A stretch of DNA of 64,000 nucleotides from Spirochaetales bacterium (GTDB lineage: Bacteria; Spirochaetota; Spirochaetia; JAFGXN01). The position numbers were made by a program, and so were the translations under genes. The stretch covers positions 7,641-71,640 of the forward strand of contig JAFGXN010000167.1 in NCBI GenBank assembly GCA_016936615.1. Reading direction: 5' to 3'. Below the pieces are notes generated by a model, which had not been told where the DNA came from, made no database searches, and saw only the letters and a program-made list of their open reading frames with translations. Shown here piece by piece: positions 37,306 to 47,567 of this stretch. The number at the start of each line of letters is the position of its first letter. Position 1 is the stretch's first letter.

Positions 37306-39216
37306 TTATTTGTCAAATTCTACTTCAACCCAGTCCTGTTCCCAGATTCCCCAAGTAGATGCAATCTTTAGGTTTGAATTATCAAATACAGTTCTGCTTC
37401 CTGTAATGTGCTTCTCCCCGATCCAATAGTATCTTCCGCAGAATTCAACTACTTCATCAAATATCTCTTTTGGAAAATTTTCACCATCTTTGTGGTTCCA
37501 TCTTTGTCGTTGCATAGGGATGGCCCAGTATGGATTTAGATTTTTTCGAGGAGATATATAGTTAACTAAGTATTTAGCTTCTTGGAAATCAATCTTATTG
37601 TCACTTGTAAAATCATATCCTTCAAGCTCTGGAGTTCTCTCTTCAAGCAGGTCTCTAGCTAGGATAGTTAGCCTTTCGTGTCTGTAAGTTGAGTCATGGT
37701 CAGCTCTATTCTTAACCTTTTTAGAAGATTGCATCTCTGGCATTATGAATACATTGGTAAAAGTTAGTAACCAAGGGTTATTCTCGCCTTGAACCTCTCT
37801 GACTCCAATATTTTTGTTGTATAGTGTCTTCTCTGCAGAAATTAATCTCATAGTTCCAGAGTATTTACCATCGTCAAAAAATTTCCAAGGGTCCTCTTTA
37901 ATTGCGATTGTGTAGTCGTACGTAGTGTATTGCGAGTCATCAAATCTTGTATCTTCCCAATCTCCCCATCTTGGAACTGAGAGAAAAGGTGCATCCTCTA
38001 CAACAACACCTCCCCAGTCATCAGGCTTGTATGTCTTACAGTTTGGGGTTGTTCCTCTTGCTCCAACCTTGCCAGCCATTGCGTAGATCCAAGGTACACC
38101 AGTCTTTGAGCCAGTGTAGCTTTGTAGTTGATCTACTGCTTCGGTGAGAGTTCCACACTCTTCTAGTAGCCTTCTGATTTTGAAGAGAGAGCCCATTCCG
38201 ACCATGCTTACTCTTGCCTTGTCTGCTGATACCATATCCAAGCCGACGCTTAGGCCTTGGTCATTCATACCAGTGTGTGAGCCAACAATGCTTGGAACTG
38301 TTAGGTTTATTACCTTGTAGTAGGCATCTTCTGGCTGATATTCAATATATATAGAGTGCTGGCTTATTATGTAGCTATTCATAAAAGATCTCGCGTGGAT
38401 TGCTCCATTATCTTTTGCAGCAGGACCAGTGACTACTATTCCATCGCAAGAGTGCATCTGCTCTACCGAGAGATTGAATTCCGACATCTCCAAGGCTTTT
38501 TGAAGTTCTGCTAGATCTCTCTTCTCCTGCCTTCCTGTTCCAGTATAAAATAGGTCGTAGAGGGTTTGCATCTTAGCCCGTTTAGGAACTTCTATTGGGT
38601 AGGCTAGGGACATTAATACATCGAAGAGGATATTAGACCACAGAATAGTGTCATATGAGATATCACCAAAGATCTCCTTTCGCTTTTCAAGATCTGCTGC
38701 GTATTGAGCCTTTGTTTTGCCACTTTTTGAAGAGAGCTGAGCATATGAGACTCCATAAATTTCTTCAAGCCTATTAATAGCACCATCAGCGACACCTTTC
38801 ATCTGCTCTCTAAATCTTATTGGTATATCTGGTTCGTTCTTTCGCGCAAAATGACCAAGTACCATATCTAGTATCTTGTACTTTCTCTTCGAGAGATATT
38901 TGTTATTGTCGAACAGTCCGCCAGACATATTGTTTCCGATTGCGATAAACCAATCATGCGCTGTGGTAGCTTTGACTCCTTCTGCTAGAAGATAGCCTTG
39001 CTGATACCCCATCTCATAGTAATTGCCACTTACTGTAATCTTGGCAATTTTATCTGCTTTAGCCTCTTCATTGTAGTAGGTCGAGATGATCTTGCCCATC
39101 TCCTTTGGGGGAGATCTCTTGTAGATTGAACCACTGTTAGCAGAAAGACAACTTCCAAGTAACATAACAACTGCTAAATTTAAAAAAAAGAGTTTTGAAA
39201 TAATTTTTTTACACAT
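37306..39216 (-). CDS. Lipoprotein, possible C45-family Ntn-hydrolase (acyl-CoA:6-APA acyltransferase-like)
   Basis: The lipobox is LLGSC. The N-terminal block GNYYEMGYQQGYLLAEG resembles the C45 family G-PYE-G-QHG motif. A candidate autoproteolytic Cys lies in MHSCDGIVVTG. Confidence 0.4.
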   Translation of the reverse strand: MCKKIISKLFFLNLAVVMLLGSCLSANSGSIYKRSPPKEMGKIISTYYNEEAKADKIAKITVSGNYYEMGYQQGYLLAEGVKATTAHDWFIAIGNNMSGGLFDNNKYLSKRKYKILDMVLGHFARKNEPDIPIRFREQMKGVADGAINRLEEIYGVSYAQLSSKSGKTKAQYAADLEKRKEIFGDISYDTILWSNILFDVLMSLAYPIEVPKRAKMQTLYDLFYTGTGRQEKRDLAELQKALEMSEFNLSVEQMHSCDGIVVTGPAAKDNGAIHARSFMNSYIISQHSIYIEYQPEDAYYKVINLTVPSIVGSHTGMNDQGLSVGLDMVSADKARVSMVGMGSLFKIRRLLEECGTLTEAVDQLQSYTGSKTGVPWIYAMAGKVGARGTTPNCKTYKPDDWGGVVVEDAPFLSVPRWGDWEDTRFDDSQYTTYDYTIAIKEDPWKFFDDGKYSGTMRLISAEKTLYNKNIGVREVQGENNPWLLTFTNVFIMPEMQSSKKVKNRADHDSTYRHERLTILARDLLEERTPELEGYDFTSDNKIDFQEAKYLVNYISPRKNLNPYWAIPMQRQRWNHKDGENFPKEIFDEVVEFCGRYYWIGEKHITGSRTVFDNSNLKIASTWGIWEQDWVEVEFDK

Positions 39217-39410
39217 ATTCGCTCCTATTTGTGCATTGTATAAATAAGGCTATCACTCTTTTTTTAGGCACGCAAATTGTTTTATCTCTTAAGATCTTAT
39301 TTTAATTATAATTTAAGCAAATGTTTTGCTAAATTAAGATTTTGTGCTCATAAATTTATATCATTGACATATGTTTTTAATAAATATAAAAGATAATTTT
39401 TTTCTTCTAT

Positions 39411-39441
39411 AAAAAAAGACAGCCCCCTGATAGAGGCTGTC
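39411..39441 (-). terminator. Rho-independent terminator downstream of the symporter gene (minus strand)
   Basis: GACAGCC-ccctgatagag-GCTGTC, with an A-run on the plus strand that gives a U-run on the minus transcript. Confidence 0.6.
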
Positions 39442-39461
39442 ATGATTGTAATGTTAAATGC

Positions 39462-41520
39462 TTATTTACTTGTAGTCCAAGTCTTCTTTGCAAAGAACAA
39501 AGTAGCGACAGTCACGACAATTGCCATTACGCCAACTAGAGAGGCCTTCAAATATTCTCCATATATGAAGAATCCTGTACTAAATAGAAATCCATATACA
39601 CCCATACTTCCAAAGAACATAGCTAATAGTCCCATAGGGATATTGTCTGCCTTGCCCTTAACTTGAATCGGAGTTCCTTCAACTTCAGCTTCTTTATAGA
39701 CTTTTTTCCAACCAATTCCGCCTGGATTGATAAGTGAGCAGAAATTTCTGAGAGTCTTCTTGTCTGCAGGAGAGGTTAGGAATGTTACAGTTACCCATGT
39801 GGCAGTACTTACAGCAACAACTATAAGAAGATCTGCATATTCAGGCATACCAATTTCAGCATATTTTCTTATAAAAAAGAATATTACAGACATCACAAAT
39901 GAAGATACCATCGCTGATAATTCAGACCAGGCATTTATTCTCCACCAGAACCATCTTAGTATAAAGATAAGACCTGTTCCTGCTCCAATTGAAATTAGCA
40001 GATTGAAGACCTCTTTTGCATCCTCGAGCACATAGAGAGTTAATAGAATCGTGCCAACAAGAAGTAGTGCAGTTGATACTCTTCCAACCCATACCAGCTC
40101 TTTCTGGCTAGCTTTAGGTCTATAAAATCTTGCCCATATATCATTAACAATATATGAGGAGCCCCAGTTAAGGTGAGTAGAGATTGTAGACATGAAGGCA
40201 GCAACAAGAGATGCTACAACTAATCCAAGAAATCCCTTAGGAAGCGTCTTTATCAACATAGCCGAGTAGGCTGAGTCATCGCCAATCTTTGTTATATCAG
40301 CATCAGGAAAGGCTTGCCCAATAGATGAGAGACCTTTAGCTCCAAGATAAAACTCTTTAAGTTCTGAAATTTCAGCATCAGATAGAGTCTCTCTTTGTGC
40401 CTTGTCTTCGTATTGATCAAGAAGTATAAGATATTTTATTTTAGTTAAATCTTCATCAGCTATCGATTCTGGACTTAATTTGTATTCTTCGTATATTGCT
40501 TTTGTATCATTACTAAAATATTGCTCATATCTTTCTACATCTGCATTAGCGTCAGGTCTAAAAATCAATAGTGAAGCTAGTGCTACAAGTATCCATGGCC
40601 AAGGTCTAAGTGCATAGTGAGCAAAGTTAAAGAAGAGAGTAGCCCCTGTAGCGTGTTTCTCATTCTTAGCTGCCAACATTCTCTGTACAAGGTATCCACC
40701 ACCACCTGGCTCTGCACCTGGATAGTATGCTGCCCACCACTGTACGGCTAATGGAATTATGAAGGCTGCAATTAGTAGATCTTTGCTAGTTGGAACTATG
40801 CTTAAGAAATCTTTCTCTTGTGTAACCCCAAGTTCTTTTACACCTGATATCAGGTTGCTAAGAGATCCAATTGCTTCAGTATCCATTCCCTCTGGTGTAG
40901 TATTTATCGCAAAGTATGCAGCAGCCACAGAGCCACCCATTGCTACGATAAATAGTATAAAGTCAGTTATTAATACTCCTCTAAATCCACCAATTGCACT
41001 GAAAATCAGTGTTACAAGGCTTGCAACAATAAGAATCCATGTTGGGTCTATTCCAAACATAATATTTCCAATCTTCATAACTGCGAGGCTGACACCTCCC
41101 ATTACAATGATATTGAAAAATATTCCAAGATAGCCTGCTCTGAAGGCTCTCAAGAATGCAGCTGGTTTGCCACTGTATCGGATTTCGTAGAACTCCACGT
41201 CGGTAAGAGTATCAGATCTTCTCCACAGCTTAGAATAGACAAAAACAGTCAACATTCCAGTCAGCAGAAATGCCCACCATACCCAGTTACCTCCAACTCC
41301 ATCTTTTCTGACAATTCCTGTTACTAGGTTAGGTGTGTCAGTTGAAAATGTAGTTGCAACCATTGAAAAACCAAGTAACCACCAAGGCATTGATTTTCCA
41401 CCTAGGAAATATTCGTCTTCGTTTTTACCTGCTCTCTTGGATACGATTATTCCGACTAGAATTGATACTGCAAAAAAGCCAATAATAAAAACCCAGTCGA
41501 TAATAGCTAATTTATCCATG
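39462..41520 (-). CDS. Sodium:solute symporter family (SSS) transporter, long form
   Basis: It has 13 or more TM helices with SSS-like blocks (GGKSMPWWLLGFSMVATTFSTDT, FFNFAHYALRPWPWI). The start was set at MDKLAII (41518-41520), which has an AAGGAGG RBS 4 nt upstream. The ORF track starts 17 codons earlier. Confidence 0.7.
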
Positions 41521-41600
41521 TTTCCTCCTTTATGTTTTTCTGTTGGTTCACTTATATAAAAATCTGACAATAAATTATTTATTTCAGAATTAATACCATA

Positions 41601-42551
41601 TTAAATATCAATAGTGATATTGCTTATCCATTCGTTATTCTTGTTGCCTTTGTGTATATCGTTTGCGGAGAGTATTATTGTCCCGCCATCGCTATTGCTA
41701 GCACGTATCATCTTTGTTAAGACATTTATATCATTTATTTTGTAGTTAATCTTTGATATATTTATCATATCTCCGACTCTAGGAAGAGTCTTTTTTTCAC
41801 TTTTGTAAAAATCATACTCATATGACATACAACATAATAGACGTCCACAAGGACCAGAAATCTTGAGAGAATTTAGCGACAGATTTTGTTCTTTAGCCAT
41901 CTTTATAGATACAGGTTTGAGTTTATCTGTAATGCTGTGGCAACAAAACGCTCTTCCGCACACACCTTTACCACCGACGATTCTAGATTCATCTCTAACC
42001 CCAACTTGGCGTAGCTCTATCCTCATCTTGAAGATTGCAACAAGGTCTTTGACTAGATTTCTAAAATCGACTCTTTGATCTGCAGTAAAAAAGAAAAGAA
42101 TCTTCGGTTCATCAGTCAAGTAGTGTGTAGAAATAAGTTTCATATTTAGTGAGTGTTCTATAATCTTTTCTTTGCATATCCTTGAAGCATCTTGTTCTTT
42201 TTCCTTATTAGCTTTGTATTTGTTGATGTCAGATTCATTTGCGATTCTAACTACCTTTGCAATTTGCTCTTCAGGAATTTCGCCTAGGCTTTGGGTCTCA
42301 CCAGTAATAATTGCGAGATCTTTTCCATATTTGCTCTCAATAATAATATGAGTATCTTTAGAAAAATTATCAGATTTTCTGGTTATTAAGTAGCTGGTTT
42401 CGTTTTGATGTATTAGCTTTACAACAAATACACTCTCTTTTGTATTGTCTACTTTTCTTTTATTAGAACTATCAGATAGAATATCCTCGTCCTCTTCAAT
42501 AATTTCGCCATCAATATGTAAAACTTCTTTGTTTCTAAAGTTTTTTCCCAT
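41601..42551 (-). CDS. PSP1 C-terminal domain protein (YaaT/RicT-like)
   Basis: The conserved PSP1 block is FFFTADQRVDFRNLVKDLVAIFKMRIELRQVGVRD...GVCGRAFCCHS...GPCGRLLCCMSYE. Confidence 0.75.
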   Translation of the reverse strand: MGKNFRNKEVLHIDGEIIEEDEDILSDSSNKRKVDNTKESVFVVKLIHQNETSYLITRKSDNFSKDTHIIIESKYGKDLAIITGETQSLGEIPEEQIAKVVRIANESDINKYKANKEKEQDASRICKEKIIEHSLNMKLISTHYLTDEPKILFFFTADQRVDFRNLVKDLVAIFKMRIELRQVGVRDESRIVGGKGVCGRAFCCHSITDKLKPVSIKMAKEQNLSLNSLKISGPCGRLLCCMSYEYDFYKSEKKTLPRVGDMINISKINYKINDINVLTKMIRASNSDGGTIILSANDIHKGNKNNEWISNITIDI

Positions 42552-42560
42552 TTTTTCCCC

Positions 42561-43049
42561 TTATCTTAGTAAGTCAACTATTAGTCCATTTATTTCATTG
42601 ACACTAGCAAGTATTTTGATATTTGATTGTTCTCCATGTCTGATCTCTTCGGCTAGCTTTGACAATTTCTCATTTATAATATTTATTACAGTATATTCTT
42701 TACGTGATTGTTTCATTATATTGAAAGAACCTCGTTTTGTCTCTATGTCAAAAGAATTATTAACAATAAAATTAAAAAAATCCTTGATCTGTTGCTTGTA
42801 GCTGGTGATATTTTTCATAGAGGGGTAGGCGCTAAGTATATCACCTGCATCCTTGATATGGCTTAGCAATGTTTCTATCTCTTCCTCGCTTGCTTTTTCT
42901 ATCTCAATCTCATTCTGGGTTTGTGTATTTAATGTGTTTGCAGAAAAAAGATTCTTAAACTGTGGTTTGTCTGTTTTTTTAGATTTTGTCTGTTTTTTGT
43001 TTGTTGAAGCTGCAAGCAAAGTCTGTGTTAAAAAATTTATCTTCTCCAT
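42561..43049 (-). CDS. Hypothetical protein, possibly DUF327/YaaR-like
   Basis: This is a 162-aa helical protein. In Firmicutes a YaaR (DUF327) gene sits near yaaT. The match rests on context only. Confidence 0.25.
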   Translation of the reverse strand: MEKINFLTQTLLAASTNKKQTKSKKTDKPQFKNLFSANTLNTQTQNEIEIEKASEEEIETLLSHIKDAGDILSAYPSMKNITSYKQQIKDFFNFIVNNSFDIETKRGSFNIMKQSRKEYTVINIINEKLSKLAEEIRHGEQSNIKILASVNEINGLIVDLLR

Positions 43050-43051
43050 AG

Positions 43052-43486
43052 TTATTTTTGCAGTGTCGGGTTGTATTCCATTATGTCGATTTTTTTATTC
43101 TTATTGGAGTTTAACTGATCAATATCAGATTCTGATAGCTTCTTGTTTGCAATAATACATTTTCCGTTAATTATAACACCTTCTTCTATCTCAAATCGTG
43201 GAGATTTTATATTTCCAAGCATCACTGCAGAAGATAGTATTACCACCCTTTGGCTTGCAGTTACATTTCCTTTTACTGCTCCACCAATTACAATTGTTTC
43301 ACCAAATATATTTGATTCTACTCTCCCATTTTTGCCAATTAGAACCTTTCCATTAGCTTCAATATTGCCTTTTAGATCTCCATCTATTCTTAATAATCCA
43401 CTTGTTCGGATATCTCCTTTGAAACTAGATCCCTCTCCAATTACAGAGTTAACATATGAATTATTGCTTGTGCTATAGCTGCTCAT
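43052..43486 (-). CDS. Bactofilin (DUF583 polymer-forming cytoskeletal protein)
   Basis: The beta-helical repeat reads GDIRTSGLLRIDGDLKGNIEANGKVLIGKNGRVESNIFGETIVIGGAVKGNV. Confidence 0.8.
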   Translation of the reverse strand: MSSYSTSNNSYVNSVIGEGSSFKGDIRTSGLLRIDGDLKGNIEANGKVLIGKNGRVESNIFGETIVIGGAVKGNVTASQRVVILSSAVMLGNIKSPRFEIEEGVIINGKCIIANKKLSESDIDQLNSNKNKKIDIMEYNPTLQK

Positions 43487-43510
43487 TTTTCCTCCAAGAT
43501 TGTTAAATAA

Positions 43511-44515
43511 TTATTTGTTAGTAAAAAGAAAACCTTCAGGATCTACAACTTCTGCCCCAATTCTAATCTCGTAGTGAAGGTGATTCCCTGTAGACATTCC
43601 GGTATTTCCCATAAGGCCGATTAGCTGTCCTTGCTTAACAGTATCGCCTGCCTTAACATAGGCTATGTGTAGATGCGCATATTTTGTATAGAATTCATAG
43701 TTGTGCCTGATTAGAATACTATTGCCAAACACATTATCAAATCCTTGTTCTATTATCTTTCCATCTGCTGCAGCTAGCACTCCAACATGGCGTCTATCTG
43801 CGATATCAAGTCCTTTATGTAGGTACCATCCTTGTCTGTTAAATGGGTCAGGTTGTGGTCCAAATCTATTTGTTATCCTACCAATACCTCTCTCTACAGG
43901 CCAAATTGTTGGTAACTTTTGAAGAATCTCTTTCTCTTTCTTTAAAAGATTTGCAAAAACCTTGTAATCATTGCTCATATCTTCGAGTAATTTCTTTGTA
44001 TAATCTGCATAGTATGATTGCTTTAGTTGATCTGATGGGTAATATTCTAAAGACATTGACGCGGTATCATCGTTCTCAGTGATATCTGATCTGTTATTAT
44101 TTATTCCCATCTCTGCTAGATGTTGGTTCTTTATTCTACTTGTATTTACAGCTTGTTGGTGAATTGAGTTCATTGCTGTCTCGATTGTGTTAATCTTGTT
44201 ATTTGCTTCAGCTACTGTAGTTGCTAATTCTATGTTCTTTTGATTCGCATTAGTCGCAAATACAACAGCAATTGTGAGTCCAGTTATGCTTGCAACACTC
44301 AGAAATGTCATAAACAAAATTCCAAAGAATGAAATCTTAAAGTTAATAGCTTTTTTCTCTGAGTGAGGGATAAGCATAATAGTGAAGTGTTGAGTAAAAA
44401 TCGATTTTATTATTTTAAAAAAAGATTTTGCTCTTTTATTGATAAAGTTAAATCTATTTGTAAATGCACTTAGAAATTTCATTTCTAATCTTTTAAAATT
44501 ATTTGCAAGTGACAT
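43511..44515 (-). CDS. M23 (LytM-family) metallopeptidase with an N-terminal TM helix and coiled coil
   Basis: The M23 catalytic motifs are HKGLDIA (HxxxD) and GNTGMSTGNHLHYEI (HxH). Confidence 0.8.
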   Translation of the reverse strand: MSLANNFKRLEMKFLSAFTNRFNFINKRAKSFFKIIKSIFTQHFTIMLIPHSEKKAINFKISFFGILFMTFLSVASITGLTIAVVFATNANQKNIELATTVAEANNKINTIETAMNSIHQQAVNTSRIKNQHLAEMGINNNRSDITENDDTASMSLEYYPSDQLKQSYYADYTKKLLEDMSNDYKVFANLLKKEKEILQKLPTIWPVERGIGRITNRFGPQPDPFNRQGWYLHKGLDIADRRHVGVLAAADGKIIEQGFDNVFGNSILIRHNYEFYTKYAHLHIAYVKAGDTVKQGQLIGLMGNTGMSTGNHLHYEIRIGAEVVDPEGFLFTNK

Positions 44516-44710
44516 CTGAACCCCTATTTCTTCACTTTTTTGTTTTATCTTAAGTTAGATTAGCATTAAAACAAATATTTGTCAAACAATTATTGACTTG
44601 TAATACTCTTCGTGTTATCTTTGAGTTACGAATATGTAAAAATGACGCAGAAATGTAATACTTTGTTAAAGTAGATGTTATTTTCAAATTTTTAAAATCA
44701 GGTGATAAAG

Positions 44711-45484
44711 ATGAAATATTTTGATACTCATGCTCACATTGGGCTGATCCACGAGGATCCTATTGAACAGTTGATTATTGTAAAAGAAGCAAAACACGCT
44801 GGTGTTGAACACATTGTAAGTATCTCTAATAATATTATGGATTTTTTTGATGTGTATCAAAATTTGCTTACAGCTGAAAATGTATTTTTTGCAGCAGGGC
44901 TTTCTCCGTCTGAGGTTGCTAATCCTCCTTCAGATTGGGAAATGAAATTAGAGAAGGCTGTAAGTCTTGATCGCGTAATTGCGATAGGTGAGACTGGTCT
45001 TGATTACTATAGAAAATTCGGTAGCAAGAATAATCAGGTTGAACTTTTTATTCGACATTTGGAATTAGCTGATAAGTATAATCTTCCAGTTATAATTCAC
45101 AATCGAGAGGCTGGTGCAGATGTCTTAGATATTCTAAGAAACAATATGCCAAGAAAGGGTGGTGTTCTACACTGTTACTCTGAAGATTATGATTATGCTA
45201 GAAAGGCCTTAGATTTAAATCTATACATCTCTTTTGCTGGGAATTTGACTTATCGAAATGCTAAGAATTTGCATGAGACTGCTAGGAATATTCCTATTGA
45301 TAGGATTCTTGTAGAGTCTGAAAGTCCTTTTATGGTTCCTGCTCATTATAGAGGAAAAAGGAATAGGCCTGCATATATCTGGGAGACTATTCAGTATTTA
45401 GCTGAGATTAGGGGTGAGAATGAAGAGGATGTCTCTGAAATTGTTTTTCAGAACTCTTTGAATTTTTTTAACTTAAATAAATAA
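44711..45484 (+). CDS. tatD: TatD-family metal-dependent deoxyribonuclease
   Basis: It begins MKYFDTHAHIG, has GETGLDYY, and an ExE/H/D pattern like TatD. AGGTGA lies 5 nt upstream of this ATG. Confidence 0.75.
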   Translation: MKYFDTHAHIGLIHEDPIEQLIIVKEAKHAGVEHIVSISNNIMDFFDVYQNLLTAENVFFAAGLSPSEVANPPSDWEMKLEKAVSLDRVIAIGETGLDYYRKFGSKNNQVELFIRHLELADKYNLPVIIHNREAGADVLDILRNNMPRKGGVLHCYSEDYDYARKALDLNLYISFAGNLTYRNAKNLHETARNIPIDRILVESESPFMVPAHYRGKRNRPAYIWETIQYLAEIRGENEEDVSEIVFQNSLNFFNLNK

Positions 45485-45492
45485 ATGGATTT

Positions 45493-46503
45493 ATGGGTGA
45501 TATGAATAACGATTTTTATCATAGTATACAACTGCCGGGGTTTGATATTCCCGGCAATTTGTTTTTGGCTCCGATGGCGGGGTGGACTGATAAGGGATTT
45601 CGCTCAATCTGTGTAGATCATGGTGCTGATATGTGCTTTTCAGAGATGATTTCTGCTGTCGCACTTGATCGTAATAATGATAAGACCCTTGAGTTAGCGC
45701 AAAAGGCTGATAATGAGAAGATTCTTGCTCTTCAGCTTTTTGGTTATGAGCCAAAGGATATTTACAACGCAATTATCAGGTTAGAGCTGCTACGGCCAGA
45801 TATGATTGATCTTAATTGTGGTTGTCCTGTGACAAAGGTTATCAAGACAGGTGCCGGAGCTGCTTTAGCAAAGCAACCTTCACAGATTGTTGCGATCGTT
45901 AAGGCTATGCGCGAAGCTGTGCGTGATATTGGACGGGAGATTCCTATTAGTGTGAAGATTCGTTCTGGATGGGATCATAATTCATTAAATTATTTGGAGA
46001 TTGGTAAGATGGTTGAGGATGCAGGTGCAGATATGATTACCTTGCACTCTCGCACTAGGTCTATGGGATATTCTGGAAATGCAAATTATCAGCATCTTGC
46101 AGAACTTGTCTCCGCTTTGTCTATCCCTGTAATCGGTTCTGGTGATTTATTTTCTCCTGAAGATGCGTTGCGTATGTTCTCGGAGAGCTCTTGTGATGGT
46201 GTAATGTTTGCTCGAGGAGCAGAAGGAAATCCTTTCATATTTGAACAGACTAAACAGTTTTTAGCTAATGGAGAAAAAATAGATATTAATATAGAAGAAA
46301 AAATACTTTCTGCCTTAAAACATCTAGAATATTCTATCAAATATTATGGAGAAGAGAAGGCTTGTCGCGAGATGAGAAAGCATATTTGCGCATATACAAA
46401 AGGTATTACTAATGGGAATTTTTTACGACAATCTGTTGTGCGAGCTAGCACGTATGATGAGTATCGTGAGAAAATCGATGAGTTCTTGAGGCTAAATAAT
46501 TAG
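45493..46503 (+). CDS. tRNA-dihydrouridine synthase (DusB-like)
   Basis: The Dus signature is LAPMAGWTD, then DLNCGCP, then K...HSRTR. Confidence 0.75.
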   Translation: MGDMNNDFYHSIQLPGFDIPGNLFLAPMAGWTDKGFRSICVDHGADMCFSEMISAVALDRNNDKTLELAQKADNEKILALQLFGYEPKDIYNAIIRLELLRPDMIDLNCGCPVTKVIKTGAGAALAKQPSQIVAIVKAMREAVRDIGREIPISVKIRSGWDHNSLNYLEIGKMVEDAGADMITLHSRTRSMGYSGNANYQHLAELVSALSIPVIGSGDLFSPEDALRMFSESSCDGVMFARGAEGNPFIFEQTKQFLANGEKIDINIEEKILSALKHLEYSIKYYGEEKACREMRKHICAYTKGITNGNFLRQSVVRASTYDEYREKIDEFLRLNN

Positions 46504-46607
46504 ATATTATCTTGTCTAAGTTCTCTCTGATGCTTGACCATCTAATCTATTTAATGCTATTTTTCTAATATAATTTTCTTTACTAATAATATTTTCGAGG
46601 TGAAAAG

Positions 46608-47567
46608 ATGATAAAATCATATAAAGATGCTGGGGTTGATATCGAGAAAGGTGATGCGTTTGCAAGTTTTATCGGCAAGATAAATTCTCCTGCAATTTCT
46701 GGCTCAATTGGAGGCTTTGCAGGCGGATTAGAGATTGATTTGTCTAAGTATAAAGAGCCTGTACTAATGTCTTGTACAGATGGTGTTGGAACTAAGCTTT
46801 TAGTAGCTCAAAAATTAAAAAAATATGACACTGTCGGTATAGATTTGGTTGCAATGAGTGTTAATGATCTTATTGTCTGTGGTGTTGAGCCTCTAAATTT
46901 CCTTGATTATATTGCATGTGGAGGAATAAATGAAGAAATTTTGCATGCTATTGTTAAGGGCATTGTTGACGGATGTGAACAATCAGAATGCCAGTTAAGT
47001 GGCGGAGAGACTGCTGAGATGCCAGACTTGTACAAGGGTGATGATTTTGATTTAGCTGGTTTCTGTAATGGTATAGGAGAGAAATCTAAGATTTTACCAT
47101 TAAAAGAGACGATAAATTCTGGTGATTTTATATATGGTCTGCCTTCTACAGGAGTTCACTCTAATGGATTTTCTCTTGCTAGAAAGGTTTTTGATGACTC
47201 CGATGTTGATGCTTGGGAGAAGTTACTTGTTCCAACAAAGATTTATGTAAAAGATATGAAAAAACTCCTTGCGCCTGGAATTATCAAGGCTGCTGCACAT
47301 ATAACTGGTGGTGGATTAGAAGGTAATGTTCAGCGAGTTTTTCCAAAACATCTAACAGGCAAGTATTCTTGGGATTGGAAAGAACCTGAAATATTTGGAA
47401 TGATTCGTGAGAGGGGAGAGATTGAAGAGTCTGAAATGAGAAAAGTCTTTAATCTTGGTGTCGGCGTGGCTTTAGTTGTTGCTGCTGATGATTCCGCTAA
47501 GCTCGAGGCTGTGGCTAAAGATAACAATATCGAATTATTCAAGATTGGAGAGGTTGTTAATGCCTAA
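46608..47567 (+). CDS. purM: Phosphoribosylformylglycinamidine cyclo-ligase (AIR synthetase)
   Basis: PurM N- and C-domain blocks are present (SCTDGVGTKL, VHSNGFSL). Confidence 0.85.
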   Translation: MIKSYKDAGVDIEKGDAFASFIGKINSPAISGSIGGFAGGLEIDLSKYKEPVLMSCTDGVGTKLLVAQKLKKYDTVGIDLVAMSVNDLIVCGVEPLNFLDYIACGGINEEILHAIVKGIVDGCEQSECQLSGGETAEMPDLYKGDDFDLAGFCNGIGEKSKILPLKETINSGDFIYGLPSTGVHSNGFSLARKVFDDSDVDAWEKLLVPTKIYVKDMKKLLAPGIIKAAAHITGGGLEGNVQRVFPKHLTGKYSWDWKEPEIFGMIRERGEIEESEMRKVFNLGVGVALVVAADDSAKLEAVAKDNNIELFKIGEVVNA

